DNA of 64,000 bases. Origin: Takakia lepidozioides (lineage: Eukaryota > Plantae > Bryophyta). The notes below the pieces were generated by a model. It was not told the DNA's origin, made no database searches, and saw only the letters and a program-made list of their open reading frames with translations. Within the stretch, counting starts at the first letter, position 1. The number at the start of each line of letters is the position of its first letter. The position numbers were made by a program, and so were the translations under genes. The DNA is taken from assembly GCA_030704615.1 (NCBI GenBank), contig CM060732.1, positions 50,902,001 through 50,966,000 of the forward strand, in the 5' to 3' direction. Below, in pieces: positions 1-14,040 of this stretch.

Positions 1-328
1 AAGAGAAATGAAATGAAATGAAATGGTGCTTTCTAACGTCCGCGGAAAGTGCATAGAGCTTATGGGACAAAATGGAAGAAAACATGAGAGAGGAAACAAA
101 ACCAAAGCCAAGACTAAGAACTATTGCTCGAGTGATTGTCTAAGGGTGAAGGCCTCGTGCAGGTAAGCTGCCAAGCACTGCTGATCCTCATAGTGGAAGA
201 CTTCAGTGAGAGAGTGGGTTCCACGGAATAAACAGTGGAATCTCCCACGGATCTCGTAGTATAGAGGGCAATAGAAGAAGAAGTGTTCTTCAGAGAGAAA
301 GTTTTACTGGATGGTTCTGTTTGTGCAG

Positions 329-2911
329 ATTCCAAAATGATACCCTTGGAGAACTATGGAGTACACTGCATGTCAATGGGCTTTCTAATGGAGAAGGATG
401 CCCCTGCTGTCTGGAGAGGGCCCATGGTATATGTTGCTCTTCACTTTCTCTCAAATTGCTTACCAGCTTATCTGCATGAGGCACTGCAACTTGGAATTTG
501 ATGTTCTCTCTGTTTTATATCGTGTCACATCAGCCCTGGGCCTCTTATGGATGTAAGACATGTCTTCTTCCTTTTCTCTCCCTGGGTTGGCCTCTCAAAA
601 GACTAACAATTGAAATGTCTGTAAAGTTTGTTGCTCTTTGCTCTTGGTCCATGGTTGTACAGCTTTAAGAGGCCTACCAAGTGAAACTAGGGGCCTGGGG
701 AAAGAAGTGCGAGCATGTATGGAGAGAGGGAGAGGGAGGGAGAGGTCTCACAAGCGATAGTTTTTGTCCCAGTGTTCCCAGTGGCACTTATGAATGTCAG
801 GTGATGAGTGCATTGGATAAGCTGGTGCGAGGTGTGGCCTGGGGCAAGTTGGATGTTATGGTGGTGGACATGCCCCCGGGCACTGGTGATGCTCAAATTT
901 CTATCTCCCAACGTCTCCCTCTTGCTGGTAAGACCACCTCAGCAGTCTCAACAGGATTGTTAGTGCATGGCTGCACGCTTCAAATTTCTGGGCTAGAAAG
1001 AGTCAATCTCCTGGAGCTTCCAGAGGCTCAAGGGTTAGAATGCTGTTGTCAGTGTACTCAATCACTTTGAAATGCTTTATCGATGTTGGAAATCAGAGTT
1101 GCTTTTGCTTCCAAGGACAAGAAAATGTGAAGGAACCTTTTCTCTGTGATCTGCCTGCGTAGTGTGCATCTGACTGCCACCTAGAACTCCCTACAACTGG
1201 TCTTTGGTGAGGATGTGAAGGGAGGTATGGAGACAGATTTGGGTGGGGGCAGTTTTGATGGTGCCTTGATCAGGTTGTATGACGTTGTGAAATAAACATG
1301 GAGTTTCCTTCTCCATACCTCTCTCTCCGTGGTTTTTATAACTGGTATTTAAGATATGTCTTGGCTGTTTCTTTCCATGGGGCCACACAAACTCAGTATG
1401 TCTGCAACCCTGGTTGTACCATCCATTGGGAATCCCCACCTCCTACTGGAGGTTGTAGCCCTCATTGGAAATGGGAGCCCTAGGTGTTGACAGCCTCAAC
1501 TTGTAGTAATCTTCGAAATTTTTCCTTGGACTCTATACTTTGAGCACCTCCGCTGTTATTAGTTATGCCTAGAAGTAGGGCATGTTGCTCCAGGGATGTT
1601 CCAGAGGTAGTTTGGATATATTGTGATCTGATCGTCCACAGGTTGTATGTTGGTTTCCACAAGTGGAAGAGTGAATGGGATGTATCTAGGCTTTCACTCT
1701 GCCTTAGCATTTTCTCTCTTGTATTGTAGGGGCCTGTGCAAGTCACTTACTTACTAGTTTACTGCCTTGAAAGTTGTGGATGCCAGCAAAGTTTCAGACC
1801 GTGCTAAGCATTTAAAGCATGGATTCTGGGACTTGAATACTTGAACTTCTCAGTCGTCCAACGTTCTATCTGGTTTGTCCGGGAGATGGTGGCAGGAGCA
1901 GTGATAGTTTCAACACCCCAAGACATTGCTCTGATTGATGCACGTAGGGGTGCCAATATGTTCCGAAAAGTGGATGTCCCTGTAAGTGAGAAGCTCTTTC
2001 CTTCCAATCATATTCGGATGTAAGTCTGCAAAGTAGTTATCCTCTGGCAAGGATATTCATAAGCATGTTTTATACTGCTGTCCTGTTTTCTCTGGAGATT
2101 CTGATTGCTACTAATGGTGGGGTGAGAAGCTGTGACTCCTTAGCAGCCTTCTTGGCTGACCTGCTTTGATAGAGAAGATGCTTATGCTCTCGTACACAAG
2201 ACTGTTGGGTAAAGGACAGGACTAAGTTCAATGGGAGTTTGGGTGTTCTTAGAGTCACTTATGGATGGAAGTGATTTACTGAAATTTAAGTTTGCAATGG
2301 TCCAGCTAAGAGGAGTGCGCTGCAGATAGTGGGGTTGATTGAGAACATGAGCTTCTTCAAGTGTCCACATTGCGGTGAGCGTTCAGATGTCTTTGGCCAT
2401 GGGGGTGCTCGCTTGACTGCAGAGGAATTGGACATGGAGTTTCTTGGGGAGGTGGGCCCATACCTTTCTTGCCAATTTTGGTTTCATTTAGGACTATCAG
2501 AGCTCCTGCTTGATCACACAGGGTGTGGAACTCATAATTTCGTACTAGAGAGCCAAGTGAAATGAGCATTGTCGCAGTAGTTGTCTTTGGCGGGCGGATG
2601 AGGGAGAAAGAGGGCACGGGCACTAGGTCTGCAGGGCTGGGACCAGCTTGAGAAGTGTGTCGCAATTTGCAATATAACACCACAGCTGCAGACCTTGACC
2701 ATAGAAATGACTTTTCCGGGTTGGTTGGTGACAGGTTCCCTTAAACATGGCAATTCGAGAGACCTCAGATGCAGGCAGTCCGATAGTGGCATTTGCACCG
2801 ACTAGTGAAGCAGCAACAGTGTACAAGAGCATCGCAGTCCGTGTGGCTGCCAAACTACAGGATAGGGAAGCTTCTGGTGTTGGTGTTATGCCTCGGATCA
2901 CGATAGACTAG
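329..2911 (+). CDS. IND1: Mrp/NBP35-family Fe-S carrier ATPase, mitochondrial IND1/INDH-like; 3' exons only (329-426, 801-927, 1896-1981, 2326-2451, 2735-2911)
   Basis: Spliced peptide [13 protein letters not shown]|[27 protein letters not shown]..|[19 protein letters not shown]..|[16 protein letters not shown]..|[18 protein letters not shown] junctions are in frame and the stop is TAG at 2909-2911. The 5' part lies outside the window. Confidence 0.9.
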
Positions 2912-3617
2912 GTTCTGCCAGACAACCTGCACATTGGGTGTCTTTGAATTCATCGACAGGATGCTAAAAAGCTGCAAGTAAGACACCAACATCGACAGGA
3001 TGAAAAGAAATTTAGGTGACTAATGTGATAGCATTCCCACTACTGAAGGTGATAGTCATGGATGTGGTTCTGATTCTCTACAGATTCGAGAGAGGGGCAT
3101 AGTGTGAGAGACATGCAGCATCACCTCCATCAAGTTTTGACGGTGTGTTGATGGGAAACAGAGTGTTCTTTTCATAGAAAATCACAGTGTATTGTTTTGG
3201 CTGTAGGGTCAAATCAGGTATCACACATGGCTGTTGTGTAAATTTTTATAAACAAGTTTCCCATGAAACCCACTCCCCCCTCTACCTTTTCTCCGACCTC
3301 TTGCACCTCCCTCTCTCCATCTCAGCATATGAGACAGTGGCACAAGAGTTCCCTCTGCTGGAAGGGATGCAAATGAGGGGATACCTATTAGCACTGGAAA
3401 GTATGTTCGTGGTGACTGTCTGCAGCTGCTGTATGCAAGCATCCAGTGGTCTCAAAACAAGAAGTCTATGAGAGTGAGCCAGCCTTCAGAACTTAGTTAG
3501 AAGTCATATGCCGAATGATTCCACATAAAGGTCACCGGTTCTCTTCCCAAAAAAGCAAAAAAGTAAAGCTAAAAACAGAGAAAACGTAAGTCGATAACTT
3601 TTAGACACGGAAGGCCT

Positions 3618-4022
3618 ATGTATAACCCGGGCTCTATTGTTTCTCTTCGATTGCGCTCTTCAATTGCGTACGCTATCAATCTCCTGTCTGATCTTCACCA
3701 GTTGCTCTTTAGTATGTCTTTCTCACACGCATGGGGAGTGGCAAGGGGATTTGTGGCGGTCTACGTGGGCAAAGAGAGGCGGCGATTTGTGATCCCAAGT
3801 ATTCTCCTGAGGCATAAACTATTTGGTGAATTCCTTGCAAAGACCGAGGAAGAGTATGGGTACGAGAATCAGGGGGGTATGCACATCTCTTGCGACCCTG
3901 ATCTCTTTGAGCAATTCTTGCAAGGAATGTTGAGGGAGACTTCTCTACAAGTTGGAGGCCACTGCTCTGATGCAGGCGCTGTTTGTGGCATGGAAGCAGG
4001 GTTCGAAGCACTGGTATTATAG
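3618..4022 (+). CDS. SAUR: SAUR (small auxin-up RNA) family protein, intronless; true start may be the Met at about 3714
   Basis: SAUR core VARGFVAVYVGKERRRFVIP..LRHKLFGEFLAKTEEEYGY..GGMHISCDPDLFEQFL. Confidence 0.85.
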   Translation: MYNPGSIVSLRLRSSIAYAINLLSDLHQLLFSMSFSHAWGVARGFVAVYVGKERRRFVIPSILLRHKLFGEFLAKTEEEYGYENQGGMHISCDPDLFEQFLQGMLRETSLQVGGHCSDAGAVCGMEAGFEALVL

Positions 4023-6274
4023 GATGCCCGGGTGGGCCACTTTAAAAAACCAGTGGCAACCTCGGCCTCCTGGCAACGGGAAAGCCTTTATTCCAAAGCT
4101 GATAAGCTGAGTACCATTTAGAAAATTCGAACCACTGAGGAGATTGATTTAACATGTAGGCATAGTTATTCACTTCCCCATGTACACTGGTGATATCATC
4201 TGGAAGGAAGTCATGAGCCAAAAAGGCCAGTGGAAACTACCTTCTAGCCCCTATGCATGGACTGTCAGCTGCGTGACAAAATAAATCAATAGGAAACTGT
4301 ATTAGTGAGAGCAATTTCAGAGTCTGTACTCTCTTTTGAATTCCTATTGGAAGCAAAGTCACTACGGGATGTTGAGACTTGAGATTGATGTCTCAGAAAG
4401 AAACATGTAAATTTATAGTATGCACAATCAATTGTAGACGAAATTCCTTGCTACAGATCTCCCGGTGGATCTCTCATCCTTTGACATCTTTGTATGCTAC
4501 TGTACTCATTTGCTATGAATCTCTGTCTTATTCCACGCAGAGGATGTATGCATCGTGATGGGTGACTTGTCCATCTGCTTCTATCGTTGAGTTTCCCACT
4601 ATTCTGTACACCAGGAATTTCAAATATTGCAATAGCTCAGTCATGATGTGGATTTAAGTTTTTCTAGAAAGGCCTACACCAGCACAATTGACCAGTGTCC
4701 ATGTCCATGTTTCCAGCTGAACAATCGAGAGAACATATTTTCTTCAATTTCTCTCTTCACACACGAAGCCCATTCCCATTCGAGTATATATGATTGTAGT
4801 TAATGAGTAAATGGCATGAGTTAACTTGCAAAAGATGACTGTCTGTGATCATGTAGCCTGTTGTGATTACAGCCTTGTCCCACACAGGGGGAAGAGTTTA
4901 CAGAGCCAGCTTTGAAACGTACAGGGCTACCTCCCATGTGAGTCACCAGATTTTATGTAAAGTGGGTTTCACCATACTGCATGGAGGGGAGAACTCATAT
5001 AATAAGGGTAGCTTTACAGTACAGAGTACAGACCAAGACCAAGAATTACTGCTGATTGCCATGATGTAAACTAATACAACCAGGATCTTGGTGTCTCTTC
5101 TCATCCATGGTACATGACTCACAAGAAGTCAAGATGCTAAAAGGGGGGAACTGAGCAGTTAGTGCACTGTTAATTGAAGCCCAATTACCTTATCTGCAAA
5201 TTCAGGCCCCACTTGTAGTTGGTAACACCTTTTTAGCTTGTTTATGGTGAATTCAGGCCCCATTAGATGCGTGTTAAAGGCACAGTGTGTGCTTACCTGT
5301 AAGTGGGGCCCGTCCTTAGGTCCAGAACCTTCAATTAAGGAGGAGAGACTTGAAGGTACCGAATCTGCCTTGGAGATTGATCGGCCATTTGAAAGATAAA
5401 TTTTCAAGTGTTCAGCTAACCTCCCAAATCTGATCCTCCAAGCCACATATTGGTCCCTAGAGCAACAATCTCTGCCCCTTAGATGCCCACTTCATTCTTG
5501 GTCTTGATCTATCATGTATGCCAGAGACAAAACCCTTAGCCAATGCTAATGCACGGAGGCTTTATGGACAAATCCCAGTCAGAAGATCTGAAGCCTATTG
5601 GATTGGGATGCTTGGATCGCTCGAGTCTTTGCATGCCTGATCCAGCCTTAAAGTCTTTGAGTGGGCTCGTCCAATCCTTCTAGAAGTTTTATTTGCTTGA
5701 TTGCAGATGCATGTTAGGGGCAATTTACACTCAGGACCAAGACCAAGAACTTCAAAGTTGTTCTAAGGGGACACACTGTGCGTCTTGGTCCAATACTCCA
5801 CAACCCCACACAGCCAGCAGCCAAGAGACTCGCAACAATTGCAGGAATGAAACACTCGTGTACTACTTTACTGACAACGGGCAGAACCAGCACATAGAAC
5901 GAGGAAAACCTTTCCTCAGGAAGTTTCTAAGATGTTTGCAAATGACCCTTCTCCATAATTTGCTAGCAACAGATGAAGCTAAGCAAAAGAGGAGGCTTCA
6001 ACTTATCAGAGACAAGTTCACAATACAGGGACAAAATGTTCATAAATAAACCAGCCACAATATGTGACATCTTGTGGAAGTTCTCATTCCTTACCATCAG
6101 TTACTTAATTTCAGATAACTACAAATTAGGCTGAGGTGAAACTGTCACACAGGTCTCAACAAACCAAAAGCACTGCATAAAAATAGTTCCACGAAACTTG
6201 GACATTGTAACCACCTTTATGTTTCAACACCTACACCAACCTTGTCAACAATTCATAGCGTATATGCTGTTAAA

Positions 6275-9200
6275 TTATTCCAGGTCCCGGTAGGCAATGA
6301 TGGCCACATTGCGTGGGGAGATGGAGGGGTCAAACAGGGGCACAAGCCCTGCTGTTATCCCATCACATTTGCCTTCTCTACCAAAATTGGATTTGCCTTG
6401 TTCCTCCAGATACAAAAGGCGGTCCAATAGTATGTACGATTCCAGAACTGGAGCCACAACAGCTCTCAATGTCCAGAAAGGACCCACATAGTCCTGCAAA
6501 AACTCATCTTCCGTAGTGAGTCAATATCCGGCATTTATGACATCAACGCCCGAACAGGTTCTAGACAGCTTACACACTTAAAATCTTCTTGACTCACATT
6601 TGTTCATCAAATCACAACCATTCTGAAACTTGACTTGCGTAACAACTGGAAGGAGACCTACATGATACCAAGCCACTAGAAATCCAAAGCAATTGATGAC
6701 TGAAGGTCGTCGTGATGAAGGTTGACCAATTTCAGCAGCAACACTCACCAAATATGGTGCCACCTCTTCCCAGATAGCGACAAAAACATTCTTAGACACC
6801 ATGGGCAGGTCCAAGCGTTGCAGAGCTGCTCTTGCATACTCCTCAAACCCTGCTGTCGTATGGGTCACTGAGTGCTTCCCAACACTAGGCAGATCTGCTG
6901 TGCTCGAATTTCCAGAAAGCTTGGCCTGGCCCTCTGGCAAACATAAACTCTCTCTGCAAGTCTCAGCCATGTCATATACACCATTGCAATCATTTCTAGC
7001 CAGTTCACCACTGTGCATGTGTGGCCTACCATCTGCAAAACACCAAAGAACATTATGATTACAGAGAAATGGTGACCTGATCAGGCTGGGCTTGATCAAT
7101 TTCAATTAACCAAAAATCTACACGCACATGCTCTTGGTCCATGGAAACATTCAGGCCAAGCGAGAATGCTACATTCCAGATCATCTGGCCTATTTCACAG
7201 CCATCAGGACTTTGGCCTCCTCAGTGTGCTATAATTACGGCACTGCCTGACTGCTCTGCACATACAGTCGTGCCTGAAAAGCCAAGTTCCCAATGCCCCA
7301 AAAGTGACTGCGGATATGAATTTCCGTAGGAGATTCATGGACTGATGAAACTCTCTTACCTGGCACCAGCGCAGATGGACAACAATAGAAGGGAGTGGGA
7401 TGACAGTCCTAGTGTATGCCACCTTGCAAGAAGGTTGAAGAGCTCTCCAAGTGTAGCAGCTTCTGAAGACTATGTTTTAAGGAAAACAAAGCTTGACCAA
7501 CTTCATGTCTAAGCTTGTGGAGTACTATTGACAAAGGACACTTTGGAAGAAGACATCTGGGCACTGCTGTGTGAAGCATGACCTGGACGGATGCCATTTG
7601 CAACCAAGACTGCCCGGCGCGCTTGTCGACGTCGCCGTGCTTTCCCTGAACGGCCCACTGACGTGCCTGCGAGCGCAGTTTCTGGATAGAACCGCAGCAA
7701 AACCTGTCACAGCACAGTATAATTCCCACCACTTCCTGAAATAGATCAGCTTTGGCAGTTTTTCTCTAACGTAATGATTCTTAGTCTGGGAGCATGAATG
7801 GTTCCACTTACTTGCCCCTCACCCTAGAATTTTCAAATTTCAAATTTCCCTTGAACTTTTGGCAGGTAACTAAAACTTGATGGCTAATTTAATTCAATCC
7901 TTCAAACTTCTCATCTCAAGCAAGTAACGAACTACTTCAAAGCTTCATTAAGTTACATCAAATCTTCTGAGATTTCACTGGGACAAATGTATACCAACTG
8001 AAAGGCAGCTCGAAAGGCATGATCTTTGAAATTTTGGAGCGCTGTTTCAGGCACATGATCCCTCCATCTTTCTGCACTCTGCCCCGTCAACTCGTCCACA
8101 CATGTAGGTCAAATCAGAAAAAACTGGCACCTTTTATTGACCCCTCTGTATGCTAATACTCAACCCCCTAATAAAATATTCCCGTGATGTATCTCCAATG
8201 TAAAGAAGCAGGACTGATCACTTTGCTGAACAAATCTAGATATTCAATGATAACTAGTTGGAGTTTTCTGTATGTGAAATTAGAATCTAAACTTCACAAG
8301 AATTGAGACTATTTCTTGATTAAATATTGACAAGGAAATGTGATGTAACAAGTCACTGGGACAAACCAATGTTTTTCAGAAAAGGATCAAGGGTGCAATT
8401 GACTCCACACAGCATAATAAGATGTTGGATAGAGGATGCCCCATAAATACCCCAGCATTACCTTCACGGCCTTTAGGATTGCAGGCAACCCAACAAAATA
8501 CAAACACAGGAAAAAATATTGTATAGTGAACACAATCACCTCCTGAAAAGATCTGTTCAGGATATCAGGGCAACACTGCGTTGAGTACCTGACAAGCAAG
8601 ATCACACCCATTTTTCCCCAACTGCAAACCCAGGCGTCGCACTCCCTGACTTAAAGGGAAGCCCTTAGGCTCATCTGCAGTACTAGCTGCAACACCGTTG
8701 GAATCCTCTGATAGCAAGTTATAGCAACAGCCCACATTTATCACAGCCTTCACCTCCTTGCACTCTAGGAATGTTCTGCACAGAAAATTCCAATCAAGCC
8801 AATTTGGAAGGCCCACATCAGACTGTTCACAATGCATCTTTTCAGTAAGGGAGTACTTGCCATGGCAGAACAACTAGCCAGCCTCAAACCTATTTTCATC
8901 GGCACCAGCTTGGATTTCGTTGACATCAAAATGTCATAGGAATGTGCAGCAACCTGAGATGTCATGTTGGCTACACTCCAAGTCCATACAACTGCACCAT
9001 TAATTTACACACACAACACAATATTGAGGACAGGACAAGCCACATACCGGAGCATTGTGGAAGAAAGATCTCCACATGCATGCAGCCCTGCGAGCACCAC
9101 AGCACAGGCCGCCTTCTCCTCCCTCACCACCTCTTCACCTTGGCATGGGCAGGTCAGGCCCTTGCCTGTCCCCCTGGACTCTTCCAGCAAGACTGTATGT

Positions 9201-11839
9201 CTGCTTTGTGCATCCTTGCCAAAGCTAGCATCCAGATTTTTCCTTGACTCAAAGTGGGGCAGTAAAGAAGCCAACGCTGTAGGAGCCTCCCCTGAAACTA
9301 CGCGGCAAGTCACAGTTCGAGGGACAGGTATGTAGGGGTGATTTGAGCCAACTACAACAAACGCAACAACAGGCATAATCAGCCAAAGTCTCTATCTCTG
9401 TCTGCCCCTGCACTTCAAACACTCTGTTGACAAGGAAAGCATGCAATGGCTCCCACCAGCCCACCCTCACAAACAACTCACAGTACATCTACCAAAGCTG
9501 AGGGGAGCACATCAGTTCTATCACAAACTCCCCAAATTATAAGCGAGACATTTGCTACAATCCAGCCCTGAATTTGTTAGAAACATGACAAGCGCCCACC
9601 CTGCTGTGACTTGCGCAAACGAGCATTATAATATTTTCGGATGCGCTCGGCACGCTCATTAGTCACATTGGCATGGTGGGCGCACGCATCAACAGCCACC
9701 ACAGTCAACTGGTACTGAAACGCCAGCACTAACGCCAGATATCCCTGTTGCCCTTGCCAGCCCCACATCCCCCTCTAATGAACAGCCTGCACCTAACCCT
9801 CACTCATCTCCTGCAGACATAGTCTTCTGATGGTGACTGGCGCACGCGTAAGCCAAGGGGCTATAATTTCAGTCTCTCCATCCTTGTGGGAAGTACCTCT
9901 TGAGGTGGACACCACAAGTGACATCAGTACATCCCCACAACTTCGGCCAGATGCCTGCTAAGGTGGAGTTCAACTGTCACCCTCAACATCCAGAGGCCTT
10001 CCCGCGCCCCACGGCTAATCATAAGGGGGTGCAAGGATACCTGGCCAGCTCCTACATCAATCACATCTGTCGCTGCAACCATTTTTGCCACGTGTGCAAT
10101 CAGAGCTCCCAGTATACCAATCTGCAAAGTCAAAGGAGCCGATTACATTCACAAAGCTTCTCTATCCATCAGATTATACGTTTGTATACACAAAGATATA
10201 GTCACAGTAAGACAATTGGGAGCCACCTTCAAGGCAAAGTGCTGGAAAGACACATGCTGCAAACTTAGTGCACCAGCCCCCCAAAAACCTTTTCAATGTC
10301 TCAACCCTCATTTTCTGTCTATGGCACAAAACCCATGACAGGCCAGTACAATGGTACACTCTCACACACACCACAAAAAGAAGACACAAAGATGTCCTTT
10401 GAATGTCTCAGGATTCTAGATTGTACACCAAGGACAGGCCTTATCGCTTATACACCACACCACACCACTAACATCCACACCATGATGCATAGGTGGTTTA
10501 CCTCATGGCATTTCTTAACACTCATTCCCTGTGCCAGCACGCTGCCAATGGAGGCTGGAGAACCCTCTGGAAAGGACTACATGAACAACCCATCAGTACA
10601 ACCAGGCACTCCAAAAAGGATAAAATTTCCAGTCCAAATTTCATCTGTGACCAACGTGCTAACAAGTAATGTCTGTCAATTTGCATGAGTCGACAGAGCT
10701 TCCCCATCCACAAAACTCAGTCGCATCCTATAATCTCCAGCAGAGCTTGACTCAATCCAGTAATCAATCTTGAGACTTTGTCATGAATATGCACAAATAT
10801 GTATCCACAACGACAATGGATAGGGAGTTCAGTACCAAGTGTGTTTGGCTGGGCGCAGGTTTTCGATGAAGAGCTAGAGACTGCGCAGTGAGTACAAACT
10901 CCTTGAGCGACTTTGGCCATTCATCCTACCAGGAGGAGAAAGAGATGGGGATTTAGAAGAGAAGACAATGGAGAGGGAAGAGAGAAAAAGCAAGAGAGCA
11001 CAAAACCCAAGCATTGACCTCAGTCAAGGCCGGTAATCAGACCAGCAAACAGACAGACACGAAGTCCCAAGCGACAGAGCAGCTCATGAGAAAAGCGGTA
11101 CAGAGGGAGGCGAACATCTGCACAAAGCAGCTCAACAGAGCGAGACCGGCGTTGTCTCACTCAGGTGCTCAGTGAGTCAAACCACCATACCTTCTAGCAG
11201 GACTAGATACAACGTAATAGTAGGATTGGCAGAGAATTCATACACGAACAACTCCTGACGGAAGCAGCAACCAGTTCTCCACCGCCAGAGGGCGCAGGCA
11301 CGCCAACCACTCCCCATCGACCTTCTCCCACAAATTCTCCTGCAGAATTCCAGAGAACAACTGGTGAACAAAAGTGTGAAGTAGTAAAGATACAGCTACG
11401 GCAAGCTTTGATCTGAGATGGAAAGGGCATCAACCCCCATAGATAGCTGAAAGCTAAGTTTTTTTTAGTGGGAACATGTTCAGTGGCCTTCGAAACGTAC
11501 TCGCCTTCCAAATACTCCATCATCCCAGCTACGGTTCTCAAGAGATATAAGAGTTTTTCAAACACGTGGGACAGGCCTCCAAACACAGCCAACTACAACA
11601 GACAAACAATATATGCCAGCACCAGCAAAATCACAGGACTTAGTGAAACGCTTTCGGAAAGCAATTTGCATTTCTGTCAATGAATTTTCCTTTTGCAGAG
11701 AGACCAGAAGAGCAAAGGGGCAAACGGTACCCGCCTGGAAAAAATCGACAATATGGGCTCCCCACAACGACGCGTGCAGCTGTAGAAATCGTGCAATTTC
11801 TGTGACATGCCTCAGCGTAGGGCTCTCTTCCTCCCCCAT
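6275..11839 (-). CDS. METTL25/RRNAD1-like SAM-dependent methyltransferase (Methyltransf_32-type), multi-exon
   Basis: Exonic motifs in order: HIVDFFQ, VIDVGAGQ|GYLALVLAFQY, LAGLHACGDLSSTMLR, VINVGCCYNLL, LRAVVAPVLESYILLDRLLYLEE, LVPLFDPSISPRN. ATG at 11839 has an in-frame stop upstream. Confidence 0.85.
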
Positions 11840-12599
11840 CAAGCTAGTCACTCTGAGTCTCAGTCTCAAGCCCTGCCCAATTCCTGTACCCGTGCGATCC
11901 TACGCCCCACCTTCTCCTCTTTCCGCCCTAGTATTTTCACACTGCCTCCCTTGCTGCATTTGGCATGTGTATGAATTGAACCCATGAGGCGAACGTCTTA
12001 CATATCCTGTGTGGGCAGAAGCCCCGATAGGGATGCAACTTTGAACATCAATTTGAAAAGCCCGATCTAAAATTGGGAACCTTCCTGTGATGATGGGATT
12101 CCCCCTTACCTGTTTTTCTGCCTTAGATGAATGGAGGGTGGAGGATGGGAGGATGAACAAGGGATGGACGGAGTTAGGATGTGGTCTGGATGAACTTTTA
12201 CCTCATGCATGAGGATGAGTTGGCAGCTTACGGCTTTATTATATGTTATCTTATTCTAACAGCTAGTTTAGGATTAGATTAGGATGAAACTAGATGATGT
12301 GGCTTCTTTCTATGGTCAGGCTGGAACAACATCTGGAAAGGTTATGTGTATGTGCCGCGTGGCGCTAGGGTTAGATTACGCCCTAATATTATTTAAATCC
12401 CTCTGCCGTGGCAGAAAGGGTGGTGGATTTCATCTTACATGTGTGCGTACTGAGCGTAACGGTGTGCTTGAGTGCTCTTATGAATGTTTTTGGATGTGTG
12501 AGTTTGTTGCGTCCTCTTCGTGAGATTCCGTCTTCTTTGCCGAACTCCTCTATCTACTACATCCCCCTTATAGAGCCTTGTCCGGTAGAGGAAGGGGAA

Positions 12600-13090
12600 T
12601 AAACCAGTGTTGGACTAGTATCAAGTTTTTTACATACCATACTGGTCCTGGTACTAGACGCATCACAAACTTTCATACCAGTCTGGTCTATATAATGGTG
12701 GATGTATTTTTTTCCACATACTGGTATGAATATGAGTATCATGACCACAATACCAGCTGGTATGAGATATCAACTCTGGTATCATTCCAAAGCCATCTTG
12801 AGTTACAAATGTGTCAAATGGCAAGTATCAAGTGAAAACAAATAAAATATACATAAAGAAATAAATATACTTAAGTACAAATATATAGGCAGATGTACAG
12901 ATAAATTACTTCAGTATACATACCAGAGTAAATTAGGAAGACAGTGGGGGAGTACTGGTATTGTGGCTGGTTTGAAAGAACTGATACCAGCTTGGTCTGG
13001 TATATGACCAAGTACTCTCCCAAATGATACCAGACTTGGTATCTAATACCAGTGCATATACCAGTATTATATACCAGTCCAACACTGGAA
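12600..13090. repeat. Dispersed TACCAG/CTGGTA motif cluster in both orientations
   Basis: More than a dozen ataccag/ctggtat-like words in about 500 bp; no ORF homology. Confidence 0.5.
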
Positions 13091-13212
13091 TAAACCCATA
13101 GCTCCGGAATCATGGTGGACATGCGGGGTAAAGAATGTCGTTAATAAGAAATAAGAATAATAATAAGAAATAAGTTTTTTTTTTTTTTTTTTTTTTTCCC
13201 GGCATTTGGGTA

Positions 13213-13385
13213 GATGTCGTCGATGATCATTGTGAAATCATGATCATGAAGAAATTGAGTGCGTTGACCCACTCAGTTCTCCGTGGGGCGGAGGGGAGGG
13301 GGAAAAAAAAAAAAAAAAAAAAAAAAAAAATGAATCTTGTTCTGCCCCGTTCCCACCCCCTCCACACGCTCCACCCCCCCACCCG

Positions 13386-13423
<38 letters not shown>

Positions 13424-13493
13424 GGAGAATTGAGTGCGTCAACACACTCAATTTCTTCATGATCATGATGTCAGGATGATCATCGACGACATC
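13213..13493. repeat. MITE/foldback-like element with about 70-bp inverted arms around poly-A and poly-C tracts
   Basis: 13213-13281 (gatgtcgtcgatgatcat..catgatcatgaagaaattgagtg..ttctcc) is the near reverse complement of about 13423-13493. Confidence 0.7.
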
Positions 13494-14040
13494 GACGACA
13501 GTGTTGTGTGGGTCCGGATTTTAACCCCGGATACCCGGCGGGCAATACGAACAAACTCATCATGTTGATTTTTCTTAGTTTTCCACCATTGGCATAGGTG
13601 ACACTGTCGTGCGCATACATATCGCTACACAACTACATCGCTGTCCAAAACCACACAACACATGTGCACACCACACACTAGTATACCACTAGTCCACCAC
13701 TAGTCCAACCACTAGGCTACAACTAGTCAGTCACTAGGCTGCCACTATGCTGCCCACTATGGCAGTCACTAGTCCACACAATCGCCCCCCTAGCTGGTGT
13801 TTAGGTCCATCTAAGTCCAGGTAGCCACAAGATGTGATAGTGACCATAGCCTCACTAAGTCCTCCACCACTATCCCTACTACACTCAAACTCGATAGATC
13901 AAGAGGTCGGGTGCAAGAGTTGCCCCATCGTTAGTCGTCGTCTTGCAACCTGTGAACTTGAGCTTGGGATCTCATGTATTGACTCCTATGAGCTTGGCCT
14001 CCCATGTCTTGTTAGCTGCCTCCAGTCATGTCCACTGCCA

